The notes under the pieces: generated by a model
Told to the model about the DNA's origin: nothing
Database searches by the model: none
Seen by the model: the letters and a program-made list of their open reading frames with translations, nothing else
Made by a program: the position numbers and the translations under genes
Part shown: in pieces, positions 1 to 14,600 of the stretch
How the letters are laid out: each line of letters opens with the position of its first letter
How positions within the stretch are numbered: the stretch's first letter is position 1
Assembly (NCBI GenBank): GCA_000934665.2
Contig: JYFJ02002471.1
Location: 1 to 56,744 of the forward strand
DNA: 56,744 bases
Reading direction: 5' to 3'
From: Catajapyx aquilonaris
Lineage: Eukaryota

Positions 1-984
1 CCCCCCCTCTCAGCATCAGAAAACGCACCAATGAGAACCCAGATCCATCTCGGAGTTGCCTCTTTAGTCAGGTCCATGTGGGTGTACCATTGTGTGCATC
101 TCCGCCATTTTAATTATCCTGCACTAAAATTAGCCGCTTTTACCCTCCTACGTCCTATGCACCCAAGCGAATGATTTTTGATAGAATTATCTGAAAGGAA
201 AGGGGTTGGATGAATGGGGAGGAGGGGTGTAGACATGGCAACTGTGGGCGTCGGTCGGCGTCGTCGTCGTTGTACCAAGCACCCCGACGCTACCCCCCCC
301 CCCCCCNCCCCCCCCCTCTCCATCCGATCTCTAACCGCCCACCTTTTCCAGTCGCAGCTCGAGCATCCCCGCGTGTGTGTCCCTCCCCCGTGCACGCCAC
401 ATCACAACACGAGGACATTGTTCCAAGGTAAGACATGGTGTCAAATTACGTCCAGAAAGATGAATAGGTCCACTTCAAGTGTGGGCTAATGGACCGTGAG
501 ATGTCGTTTCAGAGTGCTTACCAAACTCATCAGTTGCCCATGGGCGGCCCCCAGTCGCAAGTGTGAATAAGGGCCATTGATTTTCGTGTAACGGTGGATT
601 TGGAGTAGGTCGAGATTTGATGTGCATGACCCGAAGGCGGTGTTTTTTTGTTAAAGAAGCTACGCCCACGAAGAAGTGCAATTTCGTCTCTGAGAAATTT
701 ATCTCCCATTTTTTTGTGTTGCCTTTCTACAAAGGAGTGGGAGTGAGATAGGGGTTACTGTATAAACAGTACTTTCAGTCAAGTAAGCAGGCAAACACAA
801 TAAAGCGGAGCGTTTGAGGCAGCCAGCAATTCCGTGGGCAACTTGATGAATACTTAATTTTACGGGGTGGACTAAGGCAGACTTAGTCAAAATATATTAA
901 ACTCTTGAATCATACTCCTGACCCAACAGCACGAGACATTTTCAAATTGCACGGGGATTGTCATTTATTATTATGCAATTGTTT

Positions 985-987
<3 letters not shown>

Positions 988-1048
<61 letters not shown>

Positions 1049-1064
1049 TAATAATAATAATAAT
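988..1064. repeat. (TAA)n trinucleotide microsatellite, about 25 units with one interruption
   Basis: Directly visible; it explains the poly-Ile ORF 983..1171. Confidence 0.97.
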
Positions 1065-4000
1065 GAGCCTGAATATGTGAAAGGTTGATTCGACAAAATA
1101 AAGAGAGATGAAAAATCATCGTCAGCAGTTTTCCGCACGTATACGAATCGTTGGATTTTTGCAAAGCGCAAACATCCAAGCAGTTAAAGTACACAGCATG
1201 CATTTGGCAGAACGTTCTGGCCCTGCAAAACAACTTTAATTTATGCCATACATTCAGCTTTTACAGCCATTATCGCGGGTGGCAAAAACATGGTTGATGA
1301 TGGCCAGTGAAACAGAAAGAAAAAGGGAGGGAAATAACCTTGGAGTTATCCTGTCCAGATAGCTAACCTTTGCACCTCTCTAGTCCTCCACGTTGCATAA
1401 ATGCAAGGAGGGTCCCGCTAATGGATCCCTGAAAATCCCATAAAAACCGGCGGTGGTTGTAACGAGAAAAGCGGATTTACAGTATTATTTACCCGGGGTA
1501 TGCCTCGTGTTGAGTTGGTGGGGCTATCGAATAGCGTGACATGGTATATGGCGTCGTAAGAATCTTGTGGAAATGGACCAAAACCTGATGCGCACTGAAC
1601 CCCCCCCCCCCCCCCTTTGTTTCATGGGTGGCCACTGAGGGGGGAAGTTGAATGTCCGGACCATGAACTTGTTCCAAATGGAACCCCCTTCTCTTATGAA
1701 AGTCGTGTCTAGGACAGACTGATTTATGACCCCGGAGGAGTTTTGTCTTATTCAAAATTAAGATCCAGCCAAGCGCGTGTATCTCTCGAGAGAACTGCAT
1801 ACAGAGTAATCCTGGAGTTAAGGGCCTCTTTAACACGTACCAATCGTTAGGTGTATAGTTTGTCTGAGTTACTGCGACAGCTCCCGCACTCTTGGCCCTG
1901 TGAGCTATCAAATAACTCGGTTCTTCATCGCTCAAAATTACAGGCATTACCTTTTCGACCTGGGTGTAATTTACGTGTCTTATGCGCTTTATTATCGGTT
2001 TTAAGTGAACTCATACAGTACTATATGCAGCACTTCATTGTTTTCATAGCACCTGTCCAATAACATTATTAATGGCACGGGTGTGGAGGATTATGGCATA
2101 AGCACTCCTTCCCAACCTCATCAATACACTATCAATGCGGCTGTAACACGCATGACCTAACCCAGATCTAATGAAATTGTCAGCACTGCTACATAATTAT
2201 ACTGTATTAAAAATGAGAAATGTACTCAACACCAACACCCAAGGATAATTTATAAGCTACAAGGATTGCGTATGTAGGTGTTGCTAAAATTGCAGTTTTG
2301 CTCAATTTATAATTACAACTACGCATAACACGTGCAACTTTATTTATAATTCTGTAATTTTAGCCCGTGTTCCGAATTACGTCTTCGGTTACCACCGGAA
2401 TTTCAGAAATTAGATGGATTACCAGGCAGTACGTACCCTAATCTGCGGCTTTTACCCCAGACGCAGATTGTGCCACCCGAAAAAAAAAAATGTAATTTTT
2501 GACCCCGAACATGCAGGGGCCATGCCCTTTATCAGAGCCCCAGGGCACAGGGCTTACCCCCTCTAATAAACCATCCCAGCTCATTAGTGCCAATATGAAT
2601 TACAGGAATTTCTGCATCCGCCGCACTATAACGCCAATGGCTATTTTTCCATATTCCTGCAAACTCATAAATTCCTCCCCCCAAAATTTTTTATCCGACA
2701 TAAATTCTGTGGATTTTCCATTGTGTGAAAGCTCCCTCCCGAGTCGAGAGGTCCACTAATGAAACGTAGTTTGAGGAAGGGTAGGTGCGACGTGTGTTCG
2801 CCGTACCTGTCAACCCCGTTTGCCAAATCCGCCAGCTCGGTCCTACTTTGCAGCTGACAAAACAACCGCAAGGCCAAAATAGCATAACTCCAGCCCTTTT
2901 CGGATGAGGCAGAGAGGGGAAAAGGCCTTATATAGATTTTAGGCAGCCAACTTTACTATCGCGCGTGATGTCATTCGGAAGCCCCTCTCCGACATCACAT
3001 TAATGCTTAAATTATGTGTTTTTTTAGTCACCCTTAGGGGACACGTGCCTGAAGCGTAAAAACAAGGCCCAATAGGTAATCGCGATGGTGGAATTTTGCC
3101 AAAATTGGAAAGAACAGCCTCAACTGTTATGCAAGTAACGCACTTGCGATCGTGTCTATAGGCTGGGGTGTTATTAATTCTAATACTGTCCAATATCCCC
3201 CCTCCCCCTCGTGGGGTTCCGCGAAATTTATGGCCTTCTCGGCCGTGTATATATAGTTACATGCGAAATGGTATGCAGGGGTTGTGTGTATTAATTTTTT
3301 TTACGAGCACGGTTACAATGTCACACTTTACGTTCGGAAATATTGCCGCGTCGTTGATCGACATACAAATTTCGTGTCGCTTGGAAGGAAACATATAGGT
3401 AATGATGATGGAGTGATACAAAATTGCCTTGCTGGCATCAAATAGAAATACATATAGGCAGCATTAAATATTCAATTATGGAACTGTTAATTTTATGTAT
3501 AGTCATAACCGGAATGTCAATATAAGCCGAAGGGTTGTAAAATAACTAGTCGGATCTAACTGCATCAACAACCATTTTGCATGTCGTCGAGAGATATTTC
3601 CCACGCATTTTGAACATCCAATTTCAGATGCCATTTGTGCAGTATACAGCGGCAAAGGTTTCGCGAAAAAGAGACGCCTGAAATCCCAGTGCAAATAAAA
3701 AGGTCTCGAGCCGGTTTACAAATCTCCTTATGGAAATGAGACAAAAACGCAATTGCCTGAAAGCACGCTCCTTTTTGACAGCAGAAACTCGATTAAAACA
3801 AAATGCGAAAAAATGTGCAAGCTTCAAGGCGAAGATAGGCGAAAAACACTTTGACAGATTACATTTCTTAAGAGTCACGTACAGTGAGGGGGGGCTCAAC
3901 CGGGAAAATTTTTCATGAACCTCACCGTTGTAAGGGGACAAGTGTAGGCCTTTTCTTCCCCTCCCAGCAAACTAACACGACGTAAGCTCTTGAATAGCAC

Positions 4001-4544
4001 CTTTGCCGCGGACTGAAGGTGCAGGAGCGCCTGCCTTTGAATTCCAAGCAGCCTGATGCTTAAGTCGCACCAAAAGGTTCCCACGACCGACCTGCATGCT
4101 TCTCTAGGCTTTTCCTTGGAATCGATAAGTCCTCGCCTCTTGCCAAAAACCCGATTCCACCAAAAGAGGAGGGGGGTCCATCTTCTTATCCCAGGCGCTA
4201 ACGAGAAGTTTTTTTTTTCTGTACAACTCTTTCTATATATTTTCAAGCGAGTGATTTGCGAGTTGATTCAAACGCTTCCAGCTAAGTCGTAACTAGAGAA
4301 ATTCAAATGCGCGGGTTTCGAGTTTCCGGGAGGAATCAAGTCAATGGCGAAATAAAAGTAACGGCTTGGAAATTATGGCGTCGTGGTCTGGATGTGAGTA
4401 GTGGGAAGACGCCAAGGATTTGTCCCGGAAAAAAAGACACCGGGTGTTTTCCATCATTCAGGGCAAGTATACACTTCCCAAAGTCCGCATCTGGCCATTT
4501 TCTGACCCGGATATGAAGCCTACTGGCTTGGAAAATGCCGGATT

Positions 4545-4546
4545 TT

Positions 4547-4580
<34 letters not shown>
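4545..4580. repeat. (TTTC)n tetranucleotide microsatellite
   Basis: Directly visible tandem TTTC, about 9 units. Confidence 0.9.
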
Positions 4581-4581
<1 letters not shown>

Positions 4582-7500
4582 CCTCCAGAGGTCTGTTTTT
4601 CTGTGGGTTGACGATGAAAGCCATCAGTTTGGTTCCGCGTTTTAGGCCCGGACGCCCGCGAGATTTATGGGGCTAAACGGGCGATAAGGAAGCGAGGTTT
4701 GCTTAGCTGCCGATAAGCTCTTATTGGACTTGTGGGGAATGTTCTTCCGGGTATGTCCGTGTCCTTCAGTTATTTCTCAGCACTTCCTTTCATCCGTTTC
4801 CCTCCCTCCGAGTTAAACCTCATCCCACACCACTTGTGAGCCATGATGATGTAGCACTTCATTTGCATTGCATGCCTATTGATTAATGAAGGGCGCGCGT
4901 GGTAAGCACCGGTTGTATACTGTAGTCTAACATGGATTTAACATTTGTGACAACAGATGCTTGGCACTGCTTACATGCTGCCACACTTTATGTCGCGTCG
5001 TACTTGCGACTGCTATAGCAAGACACTGCACTTTGCTCCCAAATGGAATCTAGCCAGCAACGCTATACAGTACTTTCAGGTTAAGAGATGTCACACTTTA
5101 AAGAGAGTTCAACAACTTTACGTTCCTAGAACTACTTATAGACGTATTAATATTATGGCAGTTCGTTCATTACGAATGGCATGGCATGGATGGTCCTTAT
5201 CGTGATCTGTCTCTGGACCATTCAGAGCCCCAAGAGCGCATCAGTGTCTCAGCTTCCAAACAGGATTACTGTTCCTTTTTTGCTCGTTTCTTTCTTTGTG
5301 TTTTTTGGCCCGCAGTGTCCACTGAGTGGTTCGATTGAGATACTCAGAGTCACATTGTAAGCTTTCGTGCGAAGCACAAGTCCTTTCCATCAGAACCGAT
5401 TGCCTGCGGGCTCATCAACGTGTCGCTCCTAGCTGCAGAAGATAGTTTTTTCTTCTTTGGAATAGTCCACGTCTTGTCCCAATGGTATACGAAGGAATTC
5501 GGATACGGAAACAGCGGCCCTCTTGTAACTTTCCAGGGGATTCCGGCACTGCCTTGAAAGCAATGGTGTGTTTGCCACATGCCTACGTCGCGACCCGCAC
5601 TTTGTACAGCTGGAATGCCAATATCATCAAAGTGACGTAATTTGTTTCAGAAACTATTGCTTTGTAATGAGCACAATCTAATTCAAGCACTATGGAGTAC
5701 TCTAGCTCTCAGCTTACGTCGCATCTCATCGTATCGTCTGTAAACCCTTTTATCACCATATCGATCAGTCAAGACGCTTAACTTAGGATGGAGCAAATCA
5801 CTTCCACTATAATCTTAAAGCCAAACATGCATACGGCCGGAATATGCTATGCCAACACTTGTGCATCTTCTTCACTTCTAAAAACTGATCGAGGTTGCTC
5901 CTATACTCAGCTCATTGTATTGGATTAAACCCTCGGAAATCAGATCCCGAGTATAGACATTACCTGAGGTGATGGGTCAACCGGAACCAATATTGCGTCA
6001 ATCGCCTCCTATTGACCTGATACAGGGCTAGTCGGCCTTCATGAAGCTGCAAGCCTTGCCATTATTTTTAAGAGCAATGTGTATGGTGCTCTTACTTGAT
6101 AAAATTTATTCCAAATTTATATCAGTTTTAATCGTAATTTTTCAAGGGGTTCGAACCCAGCAGGAAGAGGAGGAAATTCATCCAAACTGTAGGCCTACAG
6201 CTTTAAAATATTGCAGTGTCGTATAGAAGCAACAGAAAAAGAAAGAACAGCCTTAATCCAGCATTATTTCCCAAGGGAGAAATAACAAAAACTACACAAT
6301 TTCATTTCAGAAAGTGCCTTCAGATCAGGGCCTGGAAAAGAACGAAAAAGAAAGACCCATTCCGGATAAAAGTGTCGGTCCACGTCGCATTTAAATCATC
6401 ACCGTCACAATCTACCCCGAAACCTCGATTTCCTGCGCAGTGTGTTTGAAACCGGCGAAATTTTGATTGAAGCCGGTCCCAAGCCGTGTTGCGGAAATGT
6501 CTGGAGGAGTCAGGCCGGGGTCCAGGAGATGGGAGTTTCCTTCCCCCAGCATCTCCCTCTTATCTGAGGTTCCACTTCCATCTTCATCCTCCCCCCCCCC
6601 CTCTCTTATATATACACCCCCTCTTTGAATTCATAACCTTTGAGGGCTCCTTTGAGATGCCCTGGAGAGACATTCAAAATTCATACGGCTAATTTCCAGC
6701 GCGCTCTCCCGGATGAAATAAGACGGACCCGCGTCCAGATTGCGCCTCCAAAATCGTCTTATATATATATATTTTTTTCGGTGGGAGGATTCGCTCCCTT
6801 TCATCTTTACCAATCTGTACGTGCCTCCTGAGAGAACATGCTTTTTTATATACAGATAGACAAAGGGAGTCTCGCCCTGAATTGATTGCGGTCCGACACG
6901 ACAAAGAAATGGTCGGTGTTTATAAATGCGGTTGGAATTGCCACTTTGAGGTGGTTCACTCGAGGGTGTGATGAACCTGCATAGTTATGGGGGTTAAATG
7001 GAGCGGACAGCCACCCTATACCCCAATCTGCAGCTTGCAGGGGTTTATCAGATGCCTGGCCTTTGCTCTCCGGCTATCGATTTCACTGTTGACAACAATG
7101 CGGTGGTCCTAACCATGCAACAGACACACTCTGAATTATATTTTTTTAAAGGCAGTTCTGTGGGAAACCAGGCTTTGTTTCGCTCGACTTCATCTCGTCG
7201 AGGGTTTTGCGACCTGTCAAGTGCGGCCAACCACCTCTGTGAATACTAAGTGAAGGTTGGGATTTGCACTCGGGTCATACGCCACGTGTCCAAGTTCTGT
7301 TGCATTTTTTTTTCTCTCTCTCTCTCCTAACCATCCATTTCTGTACAGTTCACAAAATGGTGACCTGCCCCCCTTTTATATAGCTTGAACCGCCTCCCAC
7401 GTACGTATAGTATCCCGCATCAGGGCTTTGAGACGAAGAAGAAAGTGCCGCCACAGCTATTGATCCGATTTGATGAGAATGGAAGGCGAGAGAGCAGGAT

Positions 7501-8332
7501 GAAGAGGGTGCAAGTTTCTAGGGTCAACCCGGGTCACCGCCCCCCCCCCTCCTTCCTACATCTCCTTTGTTATTTAGCCCCCTCAGGCAGCAGAATCCAT
7601 AGAGCGCAGAAGAATATCGAGTGGACCCTGTAGCTGCACAACCGGGTCCCTCCAAATGTTTGCACCCGGTTTGACTGTTGACGGTGAAGATGGGGACGTT
7701 TTATGGTTGATTTATTATCTTCCCGGGCGGACAGCATGGCGAACACTCTTTTGGAGTTTTTTGGCAGGCCCTGCGGGATATTCATCTACACAGGAAATTA
7801 CGCTGGGGCTGGCGCCGGCTCAAAAGAGGTCAGCCCATTACAAGATCGACGCTGTAGTAGCAGGAGCCCCGGCGCAAGATTACGCTCGTTATTTTCAGAT
7901 TTAATACCTGTAATAACATCAGCATGCACAGGCGGACGTTTAGTGCTTGTTATTACCGGGGCGCGTTTTTCACTTTTTGCGTTAACATAATCCGTCGTAT
8001 TCACTCTAAAATTGTTGGCTCAATTTTTCACTCGAAATTATTGTATCTTGTGTTTGTGAGTGATTACTCGAGATTTTCTTTTGTCCACTCGTGTATTTGC
8101 CTCACCCTGTAATATTACAGCCAAGCTTGATCCTGGAAGCGCCCGAGTCCGTATCGCGCTTGCTGCAGCTCCGGCCTCGGCTTATTACAGAAAGTGATGT
8201 CCGCCAGAGCGCGAAGCTGGCTTAATCACCTCGCAAATTGGGGACATGTCGCAGTTCTGGAAATGATCGACTCATTGGCCGCCGGGACTCAGAAGTTCTT
8301 CAGGGGGGTGGCAGGCGATACGTGCGTGTCCA

Positions 8333-8515
8333 CAGGGTGGTGGACTGCCCCGGATGTCCAACAAAATATTTGATAACTATTGGCCTTTTTAAAAAAGGCA
8401 GCTTAGTTGCAAAACTGGCATTTCAGCTGCAGCATGTAAAGGAAAGTGTCGAACGTTGGGGTTGCTGATGGTGACAATCCTGGAGTTTTTGAGACAATGG
8501 CGGTGTACCACCCTG
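8333..8515. mobile_element. Possible Tc1/mariner-type MITE remnant
   Basis: Inverted repeat CAGGGTGGT (8333-8341) / ACCACCCTG (8507-8515). TA follows the right end but the left flank is CA. The TIR is short and could be chance. Confidence 0.3.
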
Positions 8516-11500
8516 TATAATAGTGGACGTCGTCAAGACCTGAAAACAGCGTCCCCTCAAGCCGGATGACGTCAATCGTTAGAAACGTCAGTTGTCGGAC
8601 CGCTCCCCTGTTAGGGCTGGATGTGTTTTAAAAAGCAATTCGCATTCGTGCGCCGCAGGCTTTTATCGATTCGGTCGAGAAGTGTCGCGTCAGGTTGGAG
8701 ATTTGATTGATATGCTACCAGGGCCCAGAGATCCCAATCCCGGCCTACCTACCTTCAACCTACTGTGTGGATGCACCAAGTGATGTATAGATAGACCACC
8801 ACTCGTGGAAATTCGAGAGAGAGAGAGTCCGGAGTCTCTGGAGAGGATCTCATCGTGTATACCAGCCAGCCAGCCATCATTCCGCGAAATCATTGGAGGA
8901 TGACAGGAACGCTTTAGGAAATTGCATAAACAGCAGGGCGTCTGATCTGATGGTTCAAGGAGCGTGCAAAAAAATCACGCCAAATCCGGACTGTAGTTGA
9001 AGGCTTGCTTGGTTGAAATATGACAATGGCAAGGAACCAATGAGGCTGCAGTAACATGCTCCTGTAGGTTATGCTTCACGTGATACAAGGTTGCGGTTGC
9101 ATAACAGGTCAGGATAATCACATATTGCACTAGCTTACATTTGGAAAAGTGGATCATGCGAGTCACAGTTTTAATTAGACGCGGACCGCGTAAGTGCATA
9201 AAAGTCAATGTATGGTCCGACAGTTACAGTATTTTATCACTTATGGCCCATTAGCTGAATTAACCAAGGGACAATGAAAAAAAAAAAAAACTTGCCAATC
9301 TGTTGGATTTCAATTCGGGGAGCTCGACTCGTGAGTTTGAAGGTTGCACAATAGCGTTATGAATCAGTTTCATTAGGAAGAGCACGGGCCACAATGCGCT
9401 TTACTTTTTTCATAACACGATGAAAAACCAGCCCAGTACACAAACTGTTCGGGTGTTATTACATGTGTAATCCTGCACACTTAAAATGTAAGTTTTCATG
9501 CAGTTTTCACACGGAATTATATCAGCAGGTAAGCGCCGCAAACATTAACATCTAGTGGCCACAATATTCCCTAGTCAACACAAAAGGGTTTGTCTAATTA
9601 CGCAAGCGGTTGTGGTTATATTCAAATCGGGTATTTTATATTTTCCGGATGAAACTACACACTTTGATCAGTTTTAACTCGGCCGCTTTGTTCCTAAATC
9701 GATAGTTACAATGTACAGTAGTCGGTCGCTTTACCAAAAGTGCACAATGCATGTATTATGCTATGGAATCAGCAGCACCGTAATATCCCTCTGGAGAATT
9801 CACGTGCATAGGGTCCTATTGTTGGCCAGTTCATTAGCCCACTTCACTTCTGATTGTGCAGCATAAATATGTACTTGTACAATACTAATCATTAAATGCG
9901 ATTTAATGCTTAAGCCTTATATACTTGGCCCATTGTAAAAATAACCGCACGGAAAATTGTTTAATCGATGGTACTTTGGAGTGGAAATGAACATTCAAAC
10001 ATTGACATTATGCTTCGTTGGACAAGTAGAGATTTGGTGTGACAAACCCCGATTCAGAAGAGTGGGCAATATCCGTCTGCTCAAAAAAAAGAGCTTTGAC
10101 AGCTAGGATTGTCCAACTGTACTTGTACTATCTGTCTGAAAAACTTATCTTTGTCAGAATGATACGAACAATTCCAACGTGACGTCCTCTCCAAAAAGCC
10201 GGTGCGTGAGAGAAGAAATTCCAATATTTTATTTCCCCAAGCTCTCCCCCTTCAATAACGCATATATTTTCAATAAAAAATTCCGAAATTTAAGCCCATT
10301 TTGTACCCCCGCTGCAACACGCATTCATGCAATTCAAACTGGGGCTCGAACGACTATATGACGCTGAAATGCTGCGGAAAACCATCCCCCCCCCCAACCG
10401 CACCCTGCTTTCCTAAACATGCTGTCGTATGCAGCCCAGAATGCTAAACAGACTCATCAATAAATGCCAATATCTCCTAGAAGCAACGTGAAATCCCCCC
10501 CAGGACGCAGGGTATGACTTACAAAAAAAAAAAAAAAAACATCGACGCATAATGGTTTGAAAAAAGTGCCGAGCACTTGAAAAATACGCAGTCCTTGTTT
10601 CATAAATTGTAATAAATTTTGAAGGAAAAAAAATTCAAAGAGTGTTCGTTGGGTTGCATCATTCTAGGATGAAACAAAGCGGAGGTGGAAGAGTACCTTT
10701 GAGCATTTCAAGCTTTTCCACCACACTTCCAACAAACTGCCATGCTGTGTTGACATGACGTTAGATAACACGGATAAGCCGCATTTTCCAGGATTTGTAG
10801 ATTGCGGGTAGCTATAGTTCGTCAAGGTTAAAGTGAATAATTAGGTGCACGGGCAGGGGGTCAAATAATGGTTGATTGTCACTTGGGAATTGATACAAGA
10901 TATAGGGGGAAAAGAGGGGGGACGGAGGCTCCACAGGTTGATCGTCGCTTCTCTGATTTATGAAGCGTTTCCAGGGCGACGCTCGAAAGGTGCGGTTTCC
11001 TTCAAAAGAGAGGAACCAGTGCACGTACATAAAATTACACAGGTGGGTTTGCGTCGTACCTGTTTTTATTTACTGCGCTTCCAGGCAGTTAAACATGATT
11101 GGCATCGCTAATCTACTTTAAGGAGAAGGGGAGGAAATAATCCACTTTGCAAGCTTAAGCCTGGGGTTGGCTGGAGGTTAACGCAATTTCCAGTGTGACA
11201 TATTTGTGTGTCAGTGGAGGTGGCAAATTTTGCAGTTGATAACTTGAGGTAAGGCTCAAAACTATTTGCTCGCTCGACATGAGACTGGGGGAGTGGAAGC
11301 TCTGGGGGGTGTTTGGTGGGGGTGGATATATGACAAGGGGCGTAACCTTGATGGAAATGTATCGATCTGTGGGGGGGTTTATAGTGCAAATGGAAAGCGT
11401 ATGTCCTCCCATCATCGTTCACAAACACTGGTGACACTGGAGGCACACAAAAAATGGTGAAGTATATGACACAGTTTCTTCGCCTTTTTTTGTGGAGCCA

Positions 11501-11602
11501 AGTTTAGAGTGCGGTTTGTTGTCCGTTCTGATTTTGTGATGTCTTTGGTTGCTCAGATTGATGGTCCGGAAGGCAGATGAGATGGGCTGAGGATCTGGAG
11601 TC

Positions 11603-14600
11603 ATGGACTACATCCGAGAGTTCGACATCCGTTTGGAGAAGGAGATGTTCTATGCCGGAGAGGTGCTCTCGGGACACGTGGTTCTCGACACGGTGGAGAA
11701 CTTTAAGCTCAGGGGTGAGTGCCAAGTTTTTATTGTCACGAACATTTAAGATCAACTCCTCCAAAAAAAACACACAAAAAACAGGATGACCCCTGGACCT
11801 TCGCGTGCAATGGTGTTGCCGGATCCAATTATTTTTTTCACTTTCCTTTGTTACCGTTGTGGATGAATCTGCCACAAGGTTTCGTAATGATGTTGTTAGC
11901 GGAGTGAATGCTGGGCTGTGTTTCAGTGTCTCACCAGCCCCGCAATTATCAAAATCTATGTACAATATTAGGATGTAATTGGGCTAGCGGCTAACGGCAC
12001 ACAGATCCCCACAGTATGGGCCTCAATTACTAGATTAATGCTACCGTGACTTAGTGGGGTGATAAAGATTACCTTCGGGTAGATCAACATTGTGCTGGGC
12101 GTTACCAAAGTTATTATCAGGTATGACAGCTAAAGCTGCATCAGGTGCAGTAGTAAATCCCACAGCCAAATACTATACACTTCCAAAGAGTAAACTCATC
12201 CAGACTTCGACTATGCCCCACTTTTACATATCGACTGACTGTGGTTTGCAAATAGAGCAGCTGGAAAAAGTGAAGAGCACTCTAAAAAAACGATTGTTCA
12301 TTTTGCAGCTGATACTTGAACGAAAATTAAGCCGAGTGAAAATCACTCCATTTGATTCGCAGAGAATGAGTGAAAATCTGTGCAACTGAAATAATCCTGT
12401 TCAGATTGTGCAGAACCCAACTTTGCGCAAATTACTGCAAAATTCAATTCGCAGCGTGCAATCCAAACCGAGTATACAAAGAGAAAATCTCAGTAAAGAA
12501 ATATGGTCAAACATCAGGCGATAACCAGCTGCAAATTTTCTCTACGAAATTTTTCCCACAGACACTGAAGTTGGGATATTTATGCATCCACTCGCACTCT
12601 GAAAACCCTTCCTAATGCACATTTGTAATAATTCCATTAAAGGGAGCTCCCGCGGAGGATTTTGCAATGAAGCGTACATTATTTGCACTCGGCCCATCTT
12701 CCTTAAATCTTTTAACCGCCGAGCACACAGAGGGCCATCGAGCGATTCTTCTTCCTATAGTGTTACAGTACAGCAACCAATTCCGAGAGAAATACAGGGT
12801 GTTACAATCATTTCAGAGGATTTGAAATTTATTGAGATTTAATGCCTGAGTCTACTCAGCTTAATATTAGCTGCCTAAAAATAAACAACTTGGCCAGAAA
12901 AATCTCTAAAATGAACTTGTATTGATAGACCTGGATTTCGTCTGCACCATGTCAGCAGCACGATCAAAAAAACACCGAAACCAGCCTTGGGGGATTATTT
13001 GTAGACGTGACAGCGGCCGGGTCTGGCGATAGGTTAGATCTATCTCTAGAAATATCACATTCCCAACCCTCCGACAGATCAATACACTACCACCAATGAG
13101 TAGCAGCACGTCATCGGTCCCCGTGTTAACTCCCAAGATGTCCCCTGCACGTGGGCACGTGCAATCTGTGCAGAAAAATTCTATTTTTAACACTGGTTTT
13201 TTTCTCTCCGAGATACAAAGCTGGCTTCATTTGTGCTCGCCAATTCCGCCGTCCCACGTCAAAGTGCAAATTGCTTTCTACGTCAACGACTGTGCGGATT
13301 TTTTTTCCTGACGTCATTCCACGACCGAGACCGGTACAATCAGAGAGCTTAAACTATCTTCAAACTGGCTTCAAAAACAGATGGGGCCGAAAAGAGCCGG
13401 AAAAGGAATTAGAGCGTCATATCTGTCTAGAGTGAACCATCAATAAGTTATTGAGCTTTGGGAGAATGTTCCAGCCAGCTACAGACCGACGCAAAAAAAA
13501 TTTGAGGGTTAAAGGATAGATCCTGACTATAGTATAGTACAATGTCTTACTTCCAATAAGCTAAATTCCTTAGAGATGTTCTTTAAAAAACGGGGTTAAG
13601 GGTTTCGCTCCTGCAGCCTTCTCACTATTTCCCGTAGGAAGGGCCGTAAATTCAGGAGAAATAACTTGCTCAAGGCTTCGTATTTTTTGCACAGAATGCA
13701 AGTAGGGTCGTTCCGGTGCAAAGTAACGAATTGTTTGCCGATTTATTAAACTGCGTAACTCGAAGCTCCAGGGTGCTGTTCAACATTGTCTTAAAAGTAT
13801 TGCAAGAAATAAGGTCGTAAAATATGGCTGTAAGGCGAAAACAACTTGATCATTCCGGATGACATAAGATTGCAAAAAATTGCAATGTTTCAGTGATGAA
13901 AGCCTTGCATTAGTCTGTAGATTTACTGTATAGTGTACATACTCGATTATGTCAGGTGTGTCCCAAGTGAAGGAAACTCATCATTGCCCTTTCGTTTCAA
14001 CGTTCCTCCAGGCAATTTCAGGTCCTTCAACCTTTATGTGGACCTAGGGCATCAAACCTCACAAATAATCTGGCACCACCCAGAGGAGCAAAACGGACAA
14101 AACCGCAAATCATATTTTGGGGGTACAAACCTGCATTTACAGCCTAGTTGCATTCATCAAGGTAACCGGATATAATAAATATCCTCTTGCTGCACACGTG
14201 GGCGGGTTGCAGCGAGTAAACAAAGCCTGGCCTGACAGAATAATTAGTTGAATTGCACTTCACGACTCGTTAGGCTAGAATCCGGCCCGGTGCTTCTGAC
14301 AGCCGGACGGAGGACACCCAACTGCACATGGTCTCACTCTTCATTACTAATTCCCACTTGCAATTACACTGTCCCCTCATTGTGCCCAGCAAAACGCTGC
14401 CATTTAGGCCCAACCCCCCTCTGAGTATTGCTCCTCTCATTACCCTCATTTCAATACGGATTGTGCGGTATAAGACTAATGACTTACATTTCTTACAATG
14501 GTCACCATATATGATCTCTCTTTCTATTGTGCAGCCGTCAGAGTAGGACTTAGGGGCAAGGCTCATGCCGAGTGGAAAGTGGTGGTCAGCGGTGACCGAC

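Noticed and set aside
983..1171. Poly-Ile ORF, and likewise the poly-Asp ORF 29329..29517
   Set aside because: Translation artefacts of (TAA)n and (GAT)n microsatellites.
1489..1947. 152-aa minus-strand ORF and the other short ORFs in 1-11.5 kb
   Set aside because: No recognisable domains and no consistent exon chain; this one runs through a homopolymer tract.
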